Source: Protoeuglena noctilucae
Taxonomy: Eukaryota
Assembly: GCA_958009085.1 (NCBI GenBank)
Contig: OY253668.1
Span: 1,984,001 to 2,048,000, forward strand
Reading direction: 5' to 3'
DNA: 64,000 nt
Shown: in pieces, positions 36,701 to 47,805 of the stretch
Position numbering within the stretch: the first letter of the stretch is position 1
Layout of the letters: every line of letters begins with the position of its first letter
Made by a program: the position numbers and the translations under genes
The notes under the pieces: generated by a model
What the model saw: only the letters and a program-made list of their open reading frames with translations
Told to the model about the DNA's origin: nothing
Databases searched by the model: none

Positions 36701-39700
36701 TACTCATATATCAAACATATACTACTCATATATCAAAAAAAATCCCTCACCAGCACCCCGCATGCTCCCGGGAAGAACCTCTTGTCCTCGGCCGTGAATT
36801 TGGCGACGTGGAATTCTGGCAGCGTCGACCACTTCAGAAACTCGCCCGCCCACTGCTCCACCGCAAGCGTGTTCTGGGTGTGATGGGAGATGGGGGGGGA
36901 GACTAGGGTGGTGGGAACACGATGGTCGATCCATCACTCACTCACCGACTCATCCACTCACACTCGCTCACTCACTCATCCCCTCACTCACTCACTAACT
37001 CACTCAATTACTCACTCACCTTGCACAGCACCATCACGCTCTTCTTGATCCTGGTGGCCGCCGCGATCCCAGTCAGTGTCTTCCCCGCCCCGCAAGGCAG
37101 CACCACGATGCCCGAGCGAGCACGACCATTGCCAAACATCTTCGACAGGCACTTCTCCTGGTAGGGGCGCAGGCGGACCTGGGGGGGACAGCCGGCAATA
37201 CTTGTCCTTTTACTAATAACTATTAACCTGATAATGATAACGGGTTGAGTATAATGGACCGCACGCCTATCAACTACCCCCCAACCCAACCCCTAACAAC
37301 AAACCCCCCCCCACCAACACACACGATAACGCCACCCCAACCCCCACCTGCGGCCTGAGGTCCATCTGCAGCGTGGGGTTGACCCTGTCGTTTTTGAAAT
37401 CGTATTCCTCCAGCATGGGGAAATTCAAACCATCCGGCAGACACCTCTGCTTGACCCGCTCCACTTGCGACGCGGCAATCTCAAACGCCCACACCACCTC
37501 CTCGCCCTCCTGTTTGAAAGAAGGGGAGATGCGGGTTTATATGATATATATAGTATTACTACATATAGATATCGATGAGAGTAGTAGGAGTGTCTATAAA
37601 AAGAGAGCGAAGCAAACATCGCATGCCTCGCCTGTATGTCGTATCCCTCGTACTGACGCTGCTGCTCCTGAGTGGCAGACGCATTGGCCACGCCGGCACC
37701 TGCGATGGGGGAACAACGATCACTTTTGGTCCATTATCACGCAACTGGCGATCGACTGTTCATCGACTGCCGATGCGACTACCCAGCGCGCGCTCTTTCG
37801 TCCATCGCCCAGCCACGCATGTTGTACAGCTCTGCGATCTATGCCTATCAACAGAACCTCACCCCCACCGCTGCCACCCCCATCACCCCCAACGCCACGT
37901 CACCCCCGCCCCCCCCCCCCCCCCCCCATCACCCACATCACAACCCCCCACCCCACTCACCCCTCGCCCCCATCGCCTCCTCCCCCTCCTCATCGCTTCC
38001 CCCCCTGCCCCCTTCAACCGCATCCACCGCCTCTTTGGTCAGATCAATGGCAGCGTGCTCCCTCAACGCCCTTCCGGACTCTATCACTCGCTTCTCCCCC
38101 GCCATCGCAGATTGAATGACGGAGTCCCTGAGAGGAGATAGGGGGGAAGGGGGGTGAATGGGGTGAGAGTGAGAGGGAAAGGGGTGGGGTATGGGTGGGG
38201 TGGGGGTGTTGGGGTGGTGTGGGGTTGCGGGTGAAAGTGAGTGAGAGTGGGTAAGCGAAAGTGAAAGTGGGGTGTGAGTGAGTAGGAGCGGTGGTTATGA
38301 CTTTTAACGATCGCAGCAACAGCGACAGCGTCGCATCCCACCCCACTCATCACAAACTCTCACCACCAACCAACACCCCCCCTCCCCTGCTCTCACCAAT
38401 AGCAATCACCACAACCACACCCCCTCCCCGTCAATCACCTGGCCAGCCTGTCCAGCACCGCCTTGTCGGGCGACTCCACCCAGAATCGGTTGTGCTTGAG
38501 CACCACCTTCACCTTGCCGAAGTTGACGGTCGAATCGTGGATGAAGCGGGAGAGCTCGGGGGGGACGCCCACCTGGGAAGATGGGGGGGGGTGAGGGGGG
38601 GGCGAGGAGTGAGAGTGAGGGGGTGGTGCGGTGAGAGGGAGGGGATGGTGGGGTTGCGATGGTCGGATGGGGTGCAACAAGCGGGTGAGACGTGCGACTG
38701 CTATGTCTCTACAGCACCACAACACAAAGCAACAGCCCCATCTATCCCACTCCCACTCGCCTTGCTCATGCGTTGCAGCACCACCCAGTGCAACTGCCCA
38801 TCTATCACTCTAATCCAATGCACTACTCGCCTTGCTCATGCGCTGCAGCACTTCCACGATGGTCTGCGTGGTCAGCCCCACCGACACGGCCGCGTACAGC
38901 GAGTGGGGGGTGAGGCGGTACTCATGGATGCTGTCGGGGCGGGTGAGGGGCTCGGCGATGGCGATGAGGAAATCTGAGAGAGGGGACGAGGGGGAGTGAG
39001 TGGGTGATGGGGATGAGGGGAGTGGGGGGGGTGAGGGGAGGAGAGGGTGAAAGGTTATGGCCATTGCTACTCCTCACCCCCACCGCCATCGCCACCCACC
39101 GCCTATCACCTATCCCAATCGCTACCCACCACCCATAGGCATTGCAACCCACCCCCCACCACTACCCCATCTCTCACCGTATGCTTGTCGGTAGATGGGC
39201 GACTGAGACTCGAGGATTACTCTACCAATTGCCCATCTCTCACCACTAACCCACCATTCATCATTACCCCCTCTCTCACTACCCCCATCTCTCACCGTAC
39301 GCCTGCCTATAGATGGGCGACTGCGATTCCAGGATCACCCTCGCGTCCGGCAGCACCCACATGGGGCGGTTTGGGTGGTCGGGCTTCAAATCCAGATGGG
39401 AATAATCCACGCAGCCGTGGCCCTCCTCATCGTCCTCGTCCTGAGGGGAAGGGGGGTGGGAGTTGATGCGAGCATAAGATGTAATTGACTGAGAGAGTTG
39501 TTGACTGTGTTGGTAATAGGGTCCAACCACCAATCCATTACGTTGTTGACGCACAAGATGCAATTCTTTGGCCATCAAACCATCACCACCGTCACCATTA
39601 CTCCCTCACCTCCGTGTCCACCCCATCCTCGTTGTCCCGAAAGAACCTCCCCCCGCCCCCCGCCTTGCCACCACCGCCCCTCGCACCACCACCCTTCCCC

Positions 39701-41476
39701 GCACCGCCACCGCCACCCCTGCCCTTCTTTCCACGCCCAGATGCTGTCGATGCCGCCCCACCCCCCGCAGAAGCCGCCTGCCTCGCCCTGCCACGCCCCG
39801 CACCCCGCCCCTTCCTCCCCCCACCGCTCTCCTCCTCCCCCTCCTCATCGGTCCCGTCCACCTCGACCCCCATACTTGAAACGTCAGAATCTGACACCAC
39901 CATCGCCGCCTTGCGGGCACGCGGCGCTCGCTTGGCGGGGGCTGGCTTGGCGGGGGCTGGCGCGGATTTGCGGGTGCTGCGTGAGGCGCGGGACGTGCGG
40001 CCCTTGCTGCGCGGATGGGTGGGGGAGGGGTGGTGAGAGGTGGGGATGTCTTTTGAATGAAACACCCTCACTCAGAGCAACTGAACTATATGTCACTAAG
40101 ACGGACAATGACACCCACGCCATGACGCCCACCACCCACCTCTTGCTCTCCTCCACTCCCTCGTCCCCCGACCCATCCTCGTCGCTCTCCCCGCCATCGC
40201 TGCTCCCAGACTCCGACTGCAATGGTGGTGGAGAGCGCGACACAGGCATAGCAATCGACGCTGTGCAGTGACAGTGCTACAACACGTGTAACAGTCATCG
40301 ACTTTAGTCATGGTCACATCGCCCACCCCACCCCACAACCCTCCTCCACCTTCTCACCTCTACCACCCCCTCCATGTCCATCTCGTCCCCCTCGCTGCTC
40401 ATCCCTTCCCCCGCCGCGTCAAAGTCCTCATCCCCTGAATCGTCGTACTCGTAATCGCTGTCTGCCGCCTTGCGAGCGCGGGCGCGGCGACCCGCCCGGT
40501 CCTGGAGATATCATATGGATATCATAGAGTGGGGAGGAATCCGAGTCATGTTAAGTAGATATCTGATGTAGTTGATAGACGCTGTGTTGTCTCATAACGC
40601 TGACGGTGGTGATCGCTTCACTACATGCAAGTCTGCCCATCACCCATCGCTAGCCCTGCTAACTACTACCACCCACCACGCACCTGCACCTGCTCTTTGG
40701 CGTTCCGCTGAGCCCGCCCCGCCCGCCCGCCCCCGTCCACCACCACCACCACATCCCCGTCGCTCGCCCCACCCTCCACCGCAGCGCGCCTGGCAGCTGC
40801 CCGGCCCTGCGACCGCTTGCGACCCCCGGGGGCACCCGCAGTCGAGACAGATGCGTTGATCGGTGCCAATTCCGGCGCCGGGGCAGTCGAGGGTTGCGGC
40901 TCCGAGGGCAGAGCACCCTGCGCACCCCGCGTGCCCTGTGCGCGAGCAACAGCGGCGCGCGGACATCAGGATAGAGCGCCTGGGATCGACAGTCTTCCAT
41001 ATATTGCGCATATGTATCCATGAAGATTGCCAAACGCGACGCCGACAGGGCCCGCTGCGCCCTGCACCCTTCGCCCCGCGCCTCGCCTCGGTCGCTGGCT
41101 TGACCCCGTACGCCGCAGCCGTCGCCGCGCCGAGCTTGATCTTGAGACCTCCCCCGAAATTAACCTTGAGCTGCGGGAAGGAGGGAACCGCGGCATCGCA
41201 TCCGCGTCGCCATGGGGACGCATCGGCTCTGGTGCGGCTACGGTGCTCCGCGCAGGCGGCTTCTGGACACGCCAGGCACGCGACGTATGGAGGAGAAGTC
41301 GCATCGCTTGACAGCGCACAAGGCACGGTCCATCGTCGGCCCCAGACCCGCCATTGCCGCGGTGCACCGGTGCAGCGAGCGCGCCCGCGACGATGCGAAG
41401 AGCTCACCTTGGGCTTGCTCGCCTCCGCACCGTCCGTTCGGTTCCCTCCTTCCCCGTCGGGCGCAGGGTCCCCCAT
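33796..41476 (-). CDS. XPB: TFIIH / nucleotide-excision-repair 3'-5' helicase XPB; multi-exon
   Basis: [67 protein letters not shown] (Walker A), [16 protein letters not shown] and [14 protein letters not shown]. The start codon and the acidic 5' exons (39600-41476) are less certain. Confidence 0.95.
34861..34929. repeat. (TAATA)n pentanucleotide microsatellite, about 13.8 units, in an XPB intron
   Basis: Perfect TAATA tandem array next to the GC donor at 34937. Confidence 0.97.
35645..35815. repeat. AT-rich degenerate (AGT/AAT/GAT)-type low-complexity repeat in an XPB intron
   Basis: Sequence such as agtaataatagtaatagtaatagtaacagtggtagtgatagtgatagtaatag. Confidence 0.75.
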
Positions 41477-41897
41477 GATGGCCCCTGCCGCAGGCGCAGG
41501 CCCGGGCAGGGGCACACGCGCTGGCCTGGCGCTCGCGCCCGGTTTCTCCGATAGACGCGGCCCTGATCGAAGATATTTTGAACAGTAGATTCACCCGCGC
41601 AGTAGACTATGATGAATCTGCCACGGCGCTCCGCGCGAAAGAGCCGTGTCTTTGCGTGTGAGTGCTCAGCCTGCTCGCGTGGGCTAGCGATGCAGGGGAG
41701 AAGGTTCCGTGTCAAGGCAGAGACAATGTGTAGACTGCCGTACCTCGGGGGCGGCGAGGCCTCGTAGTCTGCCACAGCTCACGAGCTGGCATCGTGCGGC
41801 ACATCAAGGTACAAAACCCGCTCGGCAGCGACGATTCCAAAGAACCCCGCGATTAACGACAGCAATACGGATCCATCGGCGAGCCAACATCGAGAAT

Positions 41898-43793
41898 ATG
41901 GCGCGCAAGTGAGTCGGGGCAGAGCAGGGGAGTGTTGTGCCCATTTCTGTGCCGAGCCCTGTGCTACCGCACTGTTTTTGTCATCACTCGCATTCACAAG
42001 ATGTCAAGAATGCCGTAGCGCGCCTGAGCCGCCGCGCTTGTCGGGCCATCGCGCGCCCATCCGCCCCTGCAGGCGGAAGCGGGCAGACGAGGGCTCCGAG
42101 GCGCTGACGGAGGAGGAGAGACAGCGCCGGGAGCGTCAAAGAGAACTAAGGGAACAGGCACTCGCAGCGCGGAAGGAGGTGACGCACTCGGCGGCGCGTT
42201 CGCGAGCCTTTGCTTCCTATTAGGCTGCCTGTGCGCTGACGCGACGCCGCTGCCGCGCGCGCAGGGCGGCGAGTATGTTGCGAGTGCGGAGAAGAAGCGC
42301 AAGGAGCGAAGCCTGAGCCGCCTGCGCCAGCGCGAGGCGGAGCGGGCCAAGGCGAGCGCGAAGAGCCCCGCGAAGAGCGGTGGCAAGGGGAAAGCGAAGC
42401 GTGATGGCAAGCGGGAGGTGAAGCCGACGCGAGAGGGAATGCCTAAGAAGACGGTGCAAGTGGTGATCATCCCGCTGTACTGGAAGAAGGAGGAGGGCGG
42501 CCAGCAGAAGCGCGATGTCTTGGCCGGTGAGGGGCGCGACGGTTTACATGATGCATGGCTGTGCAAGCTATCGACAGCATGCATGGATATAGACACTGCC
42601 ATCGTAGCACCGTTCTCACTTCCCACTATCTTACTACCACAGCATCCTCGTCACCCCTCACCCCCCTCTCCCACACACCAATATACCCCCCTACCCCCAT
42701 ATAACCCCTTCCCCCGCCCCCCCCGCCCCCCCCCCCCCCCTCAGCGTCTCGTCTGGCATCCGAGCTCCTTCGTTCCCGCGGCTACGCGGCGTGGGTGGAT
42801 TTGGACGAGTCTGCAATGCCAGGGACCAAGTTTCGCAAATGGGAGGAGGAGGGGGTGCGCGTGAGGGTGGAGATCGGTCCTAAGGACGTGAAAGACGCAG
42901 ACAGGATGACGTGCGTGGTGGCGATCGCCAAGGGGGTGGGGGAGGTGGCGGACAAGGCGACGGTGGGGCTGGGGGAGGGAGAGGCGCTGTTTGACAGGCG
43001 AGGGGTGGTGGGGTGGGTGAATGGGTGGGGTGGTGAATGGGAGAGGGCGGGTGGTGAATGGATGAGGGATGGGGTGGGGCGGGGTGGGTGGATGGAAGAG
43101 GGGGTGGTTGATGGGCGGGGAGAGGGGTGGGGTGGTTGAGTGATGAATGGGAGAGAGGGTGGTTGATGGATGAGGGGTGGGGATATGATGAGGTTGTAAG
43201 GAGTCACGCCTCGTCCCCTGCTCTCAGGGTGCGCAAGGGTGCGGGTGACCCCATACTGGAGCCGAGGGAGATGGATAAGGAAATAATATCGACGATTCAA
43301 CAGCAGAGGGCGGCCAATGGAGCGGGGAAGGGGCGGGGGGGTGGGGCGAGGGGTGCGGGGGGTGCGGGGGTGGCGAGTGCGGGTGCCAAGACGGTGTTTG
43401 GGAGTGATGATGAGGGGGAGGGTGGTGATGGTGGTGATGGTGGTGGGGGGGGTACAAGTGGGGGTGCGAGTGGGGGAGTGCGTTTAAATGCTGAGGACGA
43501 GGATGACTTTGGGGTGGATGAGGATGGGGAGGAGGATGCGGCAAAGACGGAGAGGAAGGGGGTGAGGGTGGGGTGGGGTTTGGCATGTGACGCTTACATG
43601 CGTGTGCATGTGTCGATAGAAGAGTGGCTGTGCGACCAGCACTGATAGATAGATAGCATGGCATTTGATCCATATAAGATTATCACTAGATTGACAAGAC
43701 ATCGTGTCTTCATCGCAGGGTGACCCTCGCGGGGACCGCAGAGACCGGCAGAGGGGGCGGGGGCAGCAGGGGGGGAGGCGGGGAAGGCGATGA
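41898..43793 (+). CDS. Protein with a stand-alone class IIa (ProRS-like) anticodon-binding domain, basic N-terminus and Gly/acidic/Arg-Gly C-terminus; 6 exons
   Basis: Spliced translation MARKRKRADE...VQVVIIPLYWKK...ELLRSRGYAAWVDLDESAMPGTKFRKWEEEGVRVRVEIGPKDV resembles the ProRS anticodon-domain pattern PGxKFxxWExxGVxxRxEIGPKD. No catalytic domain is present. Confidence 0.75.
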
Positions 43794-44110
43794 ATGGGTG
43801 GCCATGGGTGGATGGGAATGTGCATGATGCATGTTACGTGTTGACACTTAGTATAGACATGCAGTTGGTGCTTGGTCACGAACGATCGCATTTGATGAAG
43901 AGGAGTCAGTGACGGTGCTGTTGCTGACATTAGCAGATATCGACAAACGAGCGAATGTGCCGCGAAAGAGACTTGAAACGGGCCAACGCAAAGAGCGAAG
44001 CAGTCAGCCACACCCCACTCGCCCCACCACAACAATCCCACTACCACCACCACCCATCTTCCCCCCCAGCTTCACACGAAACAACCAACCTTTCCCCCCC
44101 AACCACTCCT

Positions 44111-47100
44111 TCACTCCGCCCCTCCCTCAGCCCACCCCGCCAACGTCCCCCCCAATGCCGCCGACCCTTGCCTTGACCCCACCCCACCCTCTCCCTCCAC
44201 CCCACCCCCCTTCCCCTCCCCCACCTCCCCATCCCTCGTCCCGCGAATATGAGGCGACTCCACATCATCCCCACCCTCGTTCCCCTCATTCCCCAGTCCC
44301 AAAGGCACATCGACCGAGCTGCTACCGACAGATGGCGACAGCGTGAGTGGCGCACGACCGGACACCCCATCCCCATCCACCACCCTATCATCCCTGTTCT
44401 CCTCATCCCGACCATCCCTGCTCTCCAATTCGGCGCCAAAGCCCGCCCCCTCAGCCTCACGCAAACTGTACTCGCCCCTGCCGCCCTCAGACATCGAGCC
44501 AGACCCCACCGACCCAGCTGCAGGGGCCAGCTCTCGGAAACACCCACCCTCGCTGTGCGCAGTGACAGCGGCGGATGCGGGGATGGATGTCCTATGAGTA
44601 AGGCCAGGGTCACTGCTCAGGTCCCTTTCGGGGTGATGCTGAGGGCCGCCATTGCTTGGGAGTGCGGTGGGGGTGGGGGCGGGGGCGGGGGTGGTGGCGT
44701 TATGGGTAGAGGCGGCATTGGTGGATTCCAGAGTGGCTAGGCGTGCCTGCAGTGCGCGTATCTGCCTGCGCAGGTCCTCCACCGTTGCCTCGGTGGCGCC
44801 GGAGTGGACGCTGGGGGGGGGGGGGGGGAGGGGGTGAGGGGTGAGTGGGTGCATGTGGGGTGAGTGGGTGCATGTGGGGTGAGTGGGTGGGGGCAGTGAG
44901 GGTGGGGTGGGGAGAGGGATGGTGAGGGATGGTGTGTAGTGCGTGGCAGGTGTCCGTGGCGCAGTGCGATGGGTGACGAGGCCATGTCTTGCAATGACCG
45001 CGTCTGTCCATCTCTTTATGCACAACAACCACTCACCGCCCCTTCAGGTCCTCCGTGCGCTTGTTGATGACCAGCCCCGCTGATCGGCTCACGCTCCGCG
45101 CCACCGTCAGCATCATGGACGTCTTCTCACGCTGGGGGGGGGCATTAGAGATGGAAAAGGATTGAATCTTATATGTGTTGATTGCACCGCAGTGGCATTG
45201 AACAAACCACAGCTTGGAGTGTTGCTAGGGGTGTTGCCAACCCCCATGTCACACCACCCGTCACCCCCACCCCTTGCATCCCCCACACCACCACACATAT
45301 CCCCTCACCTCCAGCACCTCACTGGCGATCAATAAACACCCCCGCATCATCCATGCACCCACCACCCATCCCCTCACCTCCAGCACCTCACTGGCGATCC
45401 TCTCCACCTCCCCGACCGACACGCCCCTCACGTGACGCCCCGCACCCCTGCGCCCATTCCCACCCACACGCCCCTGCCCCGTCTGCCCGTTCTTGCCATT
45501 ATCCCCAGCATCCTCGCCCATCAACGCACTCTCCACCGCCCTCTCTGCGATTTCCTGCACCTGCCCCGCAAAGCCAGCTGCTCGCTCCCCCGCCGCCGCT
45601 GCCGCTAGCAGCTCCATCTCTCCACGAAGGACGCGCTCTAGGTCGGAGAAACGCGACTCCTGATGGGGGAGGAGGGAAAGAGAGTGATGGTGAGGGAGTG
45701 GGGTGGGAGGGGTGGGTGGGGGGATGCGGTTTGTAGATGCGTGGGGGGTGCGGGGTTGCTTGTGTTCCCGCTTGCAAACGTATCCAATATGCGACTCATT
45801 TGTGTGACATGCGACATGCCGCCCAATCCGTTTTCAAATCCATGCGACCCCACTCCCACCATCCCCATCCATCACCCCCACTCCCCCGCTTCACCTGTTC
45901 CCTCACGAATTCCGCCCTCATTCGTTGGAACATGTCGTGCACGTCTGCCTTGTTGAGGCACCCAACGCCCCTGGCTGAGCCCTCCACGGCCACGCTGGGG
46001 GAGAGACGAGGGAGGGGGGGGGGGGGGGGGTGTAGATGATGAGAGAGGGGGATTAATGGGGGTGTGGATGAGAGAGGGTTGAAGAGAGCATGCAGTCACA
46101 CGGCCCTGCTAGCTGTCCATCTCCCATCTCCCATCCATCTCTCCTCACCTGGCCTGGCTGTCCATCTCTTTCCGCACCACATGCCGCACGTCCTCCTTCC
46201 ACGCATCCGTGTCCCTCTCCGCACGAGTGGCACCCTGAAGACAGGAGAAACAAGTGACAAACAGTCAGGCAAACACCATGTGATTGCATCTCAAGCACCA
46301 CCGCATCCGTGCATGAGGCTACATGAAGCCACAGCCAATGAATCCCAGATACCCGGTCGCTTGGCCTGCCTGGTCGCATTGCCTGGTGACCTGCTCTGCT
46401 CCTTCCCCATCTTTCCCTATCTCCCCCTCACTCCTCACCTGCGTCGCCCACTCCATCTCCACTCCCCCACTCCCCCCGACACACCTGCGTCGCCCACTCC
46501 ATCTTCTGCTCCAAGGTCTCCTCGAATGTCTCCCGGTCCTGGCGCAAATACTCGGCCACCAGCCACTCCACCTGCTCTCGGGTCATCAGGTCCCCGGGGC
46601 CCTCCGCAGCGGCGCCGGCGCCCGCGCTCGATACATTCGCGATCGCTTGCTCGACGCTGCCGCTCGGGGCGGGCGAGTCGGGGTCGGACGGGGCCAGCTT
46701 AATCGACACCTGGCTGGGCTCGGAGGCCATCGACACGGAGGGCATCGGGACGCCGCCCGGACCGCCTTGGGAGGACGATCGCTGCGTCTGATTCGAGCCA
46801 AGCGCACCTGCGGGCCGGCGGGGGGCCCCGGTCGCGGCCCGCGGAGAGGTGTCATGTCGCCACCGTGCTGCCCCGTTGGCGCCGCGCGCGGGGCCGGCCG
46901 TCCCCGAAAACGCAGAGATTGCGTGACCCGAGAAAAGACAAGGTCAGAGCCGACGCGAGCCGAGGCGCGGCGCACCTTCCGCATCGTTGCGATGGGTTGG
47001 GGCCGCCCCGTTTGCCTCCGCCGCGTCCCGCTGCGCGGACTGCCTGCGGGAGGAGAACGCCATCGCCGTGTGAATCAAACCTTGCCCGATGACGGAGCCA

Positions 47101-47541
47101 GGAAGACGTCTGGTGGGGGCGCGGCCGGCCAAGACGCGGCCAAGACCCGCAACACCAGGGTGGTTCCTCTCACTCGGCAACTCGCTGCGCCAGGTCCTGG
47201 ACCCGCTTCGTCAGCTGATCCAGCTCCATGACTGGCGCCGGCGCGTGCGAATGCTTGAGCTCAGCGCGCAGGCTCGCGAGCTCGCGCCCCTGCTCCGCGA
47301 CCTTCTGCTGGAGCTCGCCCAGCGAGGGAGCGGCCGAGCCGTGGTGGGCGATGACATCGTGGTCGAAATCTCGGTGACCGCCGCCGTCTTTTCCGCCAAA
47401 GCACCTCGCCAGCAAGCCCTGTGCGCGAAAACAGCTCCTCGCTTTGCTTTCGCCCCGCTCCCCGAGACCCCGCCGCACGCACCTGGTCCTTACAGGCCTA
47501 AGCTTTACCTTGCGGGAGCCACCGGCAGCCGAAGGGGCCAT
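44111..47541 (-). CDS. Hypothetical coiled-coil protein; multi-exon
   Basis: In-frame GT-AG-joined exons encode LGELQQKVAEQGRELASLRAELK, MTREQVEWLVAEYLRQDRETFEETLEQKMEW and VEDLRRQIRALQARLATLES. I recognise no family, and both ends are uncertain. Confidence 0.6.
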
Positions 47542-47805
47542 GGCGAGCCGGCGCAGGCCAGGGGAGGTCCTTTCACCTTGATGTGACTGGTCGAATGCGA
47601 CGACGACGCGGGTTATCGACAAGCAGCGCCACGCGGTCGTGTTCTTCGCAGTCTTTCGATGATCTGAGCCCGGCGAGGGGAGCGGCGGGCGTGCCAGCGG
47701 CGCGAAATCGTTGGTTTCAAGCGTAGCGTTCTGCGCCAGCGGCACCAATCATGCTCGCGCGGCGCCGGACATCGCATGGCATTCCTCAAAAGCCATCCGC
47801 TAGCG

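Noticed and set aside
39160..39341. Exon-end copies as canonical mutually exclusive exons
   Set aside because: The copies lack a pyrimidine tract and in-phase acceptor, and the upstream exon has no matching in-phase internal donor.
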